DNA of 64,000 bases from an uncultured Acidobacteriota bacterium (GTDB lineage Bacteria; Acidobacteriota; Vicinamibacteria; Vicinamibacterales; CAVVIG01): contig CAVVPE010000021.1 of the NCBI GenBank assembly GCA_963750035.1, forward strand, positions 10,795-74,794. Reading direction: 5' to 3'. How positions within the stretch are numbered: position 1 is the first letter of the stretch; each line of letters opens with the position of its first letter. The notes under the pieces are model-generated. The model did not search any database and was not told where the DNA came from. It was given only the letters and a program-made list of their open reading frames with translations. The translations under genes were made by a program, and so were the position numbers. Below, in pieces: positions 60,535 to 64,000 of the stretch.

Positions 60535-61385
60535 GCGAGTTTCTCGGCATCTACCGCGAATCGATCTGCTCGCCGGGGCGCCATCGCGAGAACGATACGG
60601 TCATCCTCGAGCTCGTCGCCGCCGAGCTCCAGCGCCGCGGGCACGTCGTCCATCTCGCCTCGCCGGACGAGGTCGGGCGGTTCGCCATCTCGAGGTTCAC
60701 GATTTTTTCGATGTCGCGCTCGCCGCGCGTCCTCAAGCTGCTGGCGCGATGGGCTGCCGAGGGACGGACGGTCGTCAACCGGCCCGATCGCGTCCTCGGC
60801 ACGGCACGCAGCCAGTTGGTCGATCGCGCCCTCGGCAGTGTGTCGTTGCCCTCGTGCCATGTCGTTCCCACGGCCCGCGCCGCGAGATCGAGCGTCCAGG
60901 CCGTCGACGGCGATTGGTGGGTCAAGGGCGGCGATCTGTACGCGAGCCGCCGCGAAGACGTGCAGCGGTTGGGCACGATGGAAGAGCTCGGTCGAGTCTT
61001 GAACGACTTCGAGCGACGCGGCATCCGGACCGCGGTGCTGCAGGAACACGTCCCGGGCCGCGAAATCAAGTTCTACGCCGTCCGCGGCGACTTCTTTTAC
61101 TGGTTGGAAACAGACAATCCCGCGGTACATGGAACCCTCGGCGAGCCATTTCAGGCGTGCGCGCAGGAGTCGGGAGCGGCGCTATCGCTCGACATCTTCG
61201 GCGGCGATCTCGTGATCGGCGAAGACGGCCGGACGACGCTGATCGATCTCAACGACTGGCCGTCATTTGCCCCGTGTCGCGACGCGGCAGCGCGGGCGAT
61301 CGCGCGGCACCTCGAGCTCCGATCCTTCGACGCCTACGCGGCTTCCTCCCCAGCCGGATCGGTGACGCCGTCCGCGTCTGCCTGA
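60531..61385 (+). CDS. ATP-grasp-fold protein
   Basis: ATG 60531 overlaps the upstream stop (ATGA). WWVKGGDLYASRREDVQRL, VLQEHVPGREIKFYAVRGDFFYW, LDIFGGDLVIGEDGRTTLIDLNDWPSF (the ID-x-N-x-x-P signature of ATP-grasp enzymes). Intact. Confidence 0.65.
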   Translation: MSEFLGIYRESICSPGRHRENDTVILELVAAELQRRGHVVHLASPDEVGRFAISRFTIFSMSRSPRVLKLLARWAAEGRTVVNRPDRVLGTARSQLVDRALGSVSLPSCHVVPTARAARSSVQAVDGDWWVKGGDLYASRREDVQRLGTMEELGRVLNDFERRGIRTAVLQEHVPGREIKFYAVRGDFFYWLETDNPAVHGTLGEPFQACAQESGAALSLDIFGGDLVIGEDGRTTLIDLNDWPSFAPCRDAAARAIARHLELRSFDAYAASSPAGSVTPSASA

Positions 61386-62548
61386 TACTCGGGGCCGTTC
61401 CACGCGATCCACTGGACTGTCGACACGACGGCCGAAGAGACCGTGATCATCGCGTGCCACAGGAAGGCCACCACCGGGACACCGGCGAGCGCCGTCACGA
61501 CGTAAAGCAGCGAATAGAAGTCGCGTCGCGTCACGTCACCCAGGAGGCGCTGCCTCGTCTCGGTCTCGGTGCCGCCTCCGATCCACCATCTCAAACTCGC
61601 GACGCTCCCCCGGCCGCCCGCCTTGACGATGAGGCCGGCGTACAGACCGGCAACGTGGATTAACTGCGCGACCAGCGCGATCCAGGCGACTGGCCACGCC
61701 CAGGGATGGGACGTCGACAATCCGATACCCACGGCCACGAGGAACGCGATGTTCAAGACATCGTCCACCACCTGGTCGAGCCACTCTCCGGCCTTCGACC
61801 GGAGGTACTTGAGCCGGGCGATCTCGCCGTCGCAGCCATCGAGCACGTTCTGCGCCTCGAACAACATCGCACCGACGACGAGGTTCCAGTACCCGCCGTC
61901 CAGGGCCACGACGACGCCAGCCGCGCCAACCGCCGCGGCGACGAGCGTCATCTGATTGGGAGTGACGGCGGTTGACAGCACCCGCTTCGTCACGAGCCTC
62001 GACAGCCGCCGGTGCAGGTGCCGCGAGACGAGGCCATCGGCCTGTTTGTCGAGCGACCGCAGCAGCAGGGCCGTCGCGCGACGGCGCTCGTCGTCGCTCC
62101 CGGCGATGACGACGAAGTCCGCGTCGGCCATCCACTGCACGTCCGGAACGGCATCCGAGATCGCCAGGGCCCGGATGACGTCGGAAGCAACCGCATCACC
62201 GCACAGGTAGACAGCGGCCGCTTCCGAACCGACGGCGACACTGCGATCTGGAGCGACCGCCTGGCGCGCGAGGCGGCGGACGACGTTCGGATGCCAGATG
62301 CATCCGGCGCGGGCCACGAGGATGGACGATTCGATCTCGCGCGGCGATCTCAGCTCGGAGACGTCGAGCCGCACGCGAGGGTCCGATCGGACGGCATCAA
62401 CGGACACCCCGACGAGATTGACGGACCGAATGCCGGCATCCTGCAGCGAAAGCACCTGGCGGAGGATGTTCGGCAGTCCGCCGACGACATTGAAGCTGAC
62501 GTCGGCAATTCCGGGCGGCGGCCCGACCAGGCAGGCACGCCGTGTCAC
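61334..62548 (-). CDS. CDP-alcohol phosphotransferase with ~200-aa N-terminal soluble domain (degenerate nucleotidyltransferase-like); IPCT/DIPPS-like architecture
   Basis: C-terminal part of ORF 61334..63292, read from in-frame GTG 62548. The soluble part is NVVGGLPNILRQVLSLQDAGIRSVNLVGV...ADFVVIAGSDDERR. Then ADGLVSRHLHRRLSRLVT...TPNQMTLV and the complete signature DGCDGEIARLKYLRSKAGEWLDQVVDD, followed by TM helices. Confidence 0.8.
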   Translation of the reverse strand: MTRRACLVGPPPGIADVSFNVVGGLPNILRQVLSLQDAGIRSVNLVGVSVDAVRSDPRVRLDVSELRSPREIESSILVARAGCIWHPNVVRRLARQAVAPDRSVAVGSEAAAVYLCGDAVASDVIRALAISDAVPDVQWMADADFVVIAGSDDERRRATALLLRSLDKQADGLVSRHLHRRLSRLVTKRVLSTAVTPNQMTLVAAAVGAAGVVVALDGGYWNLVVGAMLFEAQNVLDGCDGEIARLKYLRSKAGEWLDQVVDDVLNIAFLVAVGIGLSTSHPWAWPVAWIALVAQLIHVAGLYAGLIVKAGGRGSVASLRWWIGGGTETETRQRLLGDVTRRDFYSLLYVVTALAGVPVVAFLWHAMITVSSAVVSTVQWIAWNGPEYQADADGVTDPAGEEAA

Positions 62549-63292
62549 GTGCCGAACCGTTCGCGGGCAGCGGCAAGATCGCCCGCGTCGTCGATTTCCA
62601 TCCAGCTGAAGGCCGGCACGGGCGAGATGCCGAATCGGTACGCCGCCGTCGATCATCTGCTGGAACGCATCCTCGTAATAGGCCGTCGCGGCGCGGGTGC
62701 TCGCCAACGACTCGAGCGCCGTCCACATCAGCGGTGCGGCTGCCCTGCCGATCTTCTGGACACCGATTGATTCGCCCGCGCTCTCGGCCGCGTCGAGCGC
62801 CTTGGAAATTCTCTGCACAGAACGATCTGCGCGCAGCTGCACCTTCATCGCCTCGGCGTCCCATCGAATATTCGTGTCCACGGCTAACGCGCAGTCCGCC
62901 GGATGGGCAATCAAGGCAGGCAGCGGATCGGCCAAAAAGATCACATCAGCATCACACACGACGATCCCGTCAGTGCCCACCGCCTCGCGGGCCATCGCCA
63001 GGCTCGCCGCGTTGTTGGTGGTCGCGTACCGCGTGTTCCGAACGAGCGCGATGCCGAGCGAGCCTCGACGCGCGCGCACGCGTGCCTCGACCAACTCGAA
63101 ATGATGTCCGCCGACGATGACCGCACGGTCCAGCCCGGCCGCTTCAATGCTGTCGAGAAGCCGATCGATCAGCGGACGTCCCGCGACGTCGATCAGACAT
63201 TTCGGCGCAGCATCCGTCAGCGGACGGAGACGGCTGCCCGATCCGGCGGCGAGCACCACGGCAATCACGGCGCCCAGTGTAAGATAGAACAT
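62545..63292 (-). CDS. LicC/IPCT-like nucleotidyltransferase, frameshift near 62635
   Basis: MFYLTLGAVIAVVLAAGSGSRLRPLTDAAPKCLIDVAGRPLIDRLL...VVCDADVIF. The canonical C-terminus ISPVPAFSWMEIDDAGDLAAARERFGT is in the neighbouring frame. It ends with TGA 62547-62545, overlapping GTG 62548 of the next gene (GTGA). Confidence 0.8.
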
Positions 63293-63367
63293 TGCGTTCT
63301 CAGGCCTTCGACGTTGCTCAGGCCGACCCGAGCGAGTCGAAGGGTCGTCGGGCGTGCCGGAGGAGTT

Positions 63368-64000
63368 TTGACCCGCCGCGTCGCCGTCCTCTCCCTACTC
63401 ATCACACTGACGCTTCCGGTGCTTGCCGGAGCGGCGCAGTCCGTCTCGACCGGCGCGATCGAAGGATCGGTGTCGACGCCGAAGCCGGCAGTGCGGCTCG
63501 CGGGAGCGCTGCTCGCCGTGACCGATCGGCGAGGCGCGGAGGTCGCGCGGACGGCGTCGGACGGCGAGGGTCGATTCACGATCGGCGATCTTCCCGTCGG
63601 CCAGTATCGCGTCGTCGTCTCGCTCGAGGGATTCCAGGCGGCAGACATGCCGGTCGTCGTGGCGGCCGGCAAGACGACCATTCTCGACTTCGAGTTGCCG
63701 ATCAGCGTGCTCGCCGAGCGGGTGGAGGTCGTCGCGCCGGCCTTGCCAGGAGCGCCCGACACGTTCGGCGCCGCGGAGACCCTCGACGTCACCGCCCAGG
63801 AGGCGTATTCGACCGGCGGCGGCTTTCAGGCGGCGCTGCGGCTGCTGGCCAGTGTCATTCAGTCGCCGGGCGGGCTCAGCATCAAGGGCGGCCGGCCGAC
63901 GCAGGCGACGACCCAACTTGGCGCCGGCACGATGATGGATCCGTCGACGGGGCTCGTTCCGTTGACGCTGCCGCCCGATGCGATCGATTCGGTCGAGGTG
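63368..64000 (+). CDS. TonB-dependent receptor, N-terminal part (runs off the window end)
   Basis: My translation from TTG 63368, preceded by GGAGGAG: TRRVAVLSLLITLTLPVLAGAAQS (signal), GAIEGSVS...GRFTIGDLPVGQYRVVVSLEGF (carboxypeptidase-regulatory-like), then GGFQAALRLLASVIQSPGGLSIKGGRP (plug). It is open to position 64000 and is not in the ORF track. Confidence 0.75.
   Translation, partial: MTRRVAVLSLLITLTLPVLAGAAQSVSTGAIEGSVSTPKPAVRLAGALLAVTDRRGAEVARTASDGEGRFTIGDLPVGQYRVVVSLEGFQAADMPVVVAAGKTTILDFELPISVLAERVEVVAPALPGAPDTFGAAETLDVTAQEAYSTGGGFQAALRLLASVIQSPGGLSIKGGRPTQATTQLGAGTMMDPSTGLVPLTLPPDAIDSVEV

Noticed and set aside
1-64000. Programmed ribosomal frameshifting as the explanation for the split genes
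   Set aside because: There are far too many events, several per gene and in both directions, in unrelated families. I saw no recurring slippery heptamer or downstream pseudoknot at the junctions.

Overview
Very GC-rich bacterial chromosomal segment. I recognise no rRNA, tRNA, CRISPR, transposase, integrase or phage genes. Lineage guess (unverified): Acidobacteriota, based on an acidobacterial-type VWA protein (18228-19259) and TonB-dependent receptors that begin with a carboxypeptidase-regulatory-like domain. Content in order. (1) 1-15.8 kb, surface-glycan locus: divergent GT4 genes, then one long translationally coupled minus-strand operon (13357 down to 1196) encoding an O-antigen-ligase-like protein, GT4, B12-radical SAM, SPASM radical SAM, two SAM methyltransferases, a second B12-radical SAM, a third methyltransferase, an amidohydrolase and a Wzx-like flippase; plus a divergent flippase fused to a nucleotidyltransferase-fold domain. 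(2) 15.7-19.3 kb: small orphan ORF, DAG-kinase-family lipid kinase, surE and a VWA protein, separated by strikingly AT-rich repeat hairpins. (3) 19.4-33 kb, sulfur block: cysD-cysN-cysH behind a structured leader with an intrinsic terminator, TauE/SafE, a sensor-less sigma54 activator, a TonB receptor-sbp-cysT-cysW-cysA operon and an OprO/P-type porin. (4) 33-41 kb: HD-GYP/GAF membrane protein, S8 protease with DEIIWGT repeats, M16 peptidase, EEP-family protein. (5) 41-48.5 kb: addB-addA. (6) 49-63.3 kb, second envelope locus: GT4, GT2, GH65 phosphorylase plus beta-phosphoglucomutase, Wzx flippase, and an unusual set of two CDP-alcohol phosphotransferases, two nucleotidyltransferases plus a degenerate third domain, HAD phosphatase, ATP-grasp and a HisC/CobD-like PLP enzyme. 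(7) Partial TonB receptor at the window end. Two caveats dominate. Many genes are interrupted by +/-1 frameshifts in a patchy pattern, so the coordinates below span the repaired gene rather than a single track ORF. The GC bias also creates long spurious antisense ORFs. The most notable non-genic signal is a family of intergenic hairpins, each built from locus-specific 7-9 nt tandem repeats.
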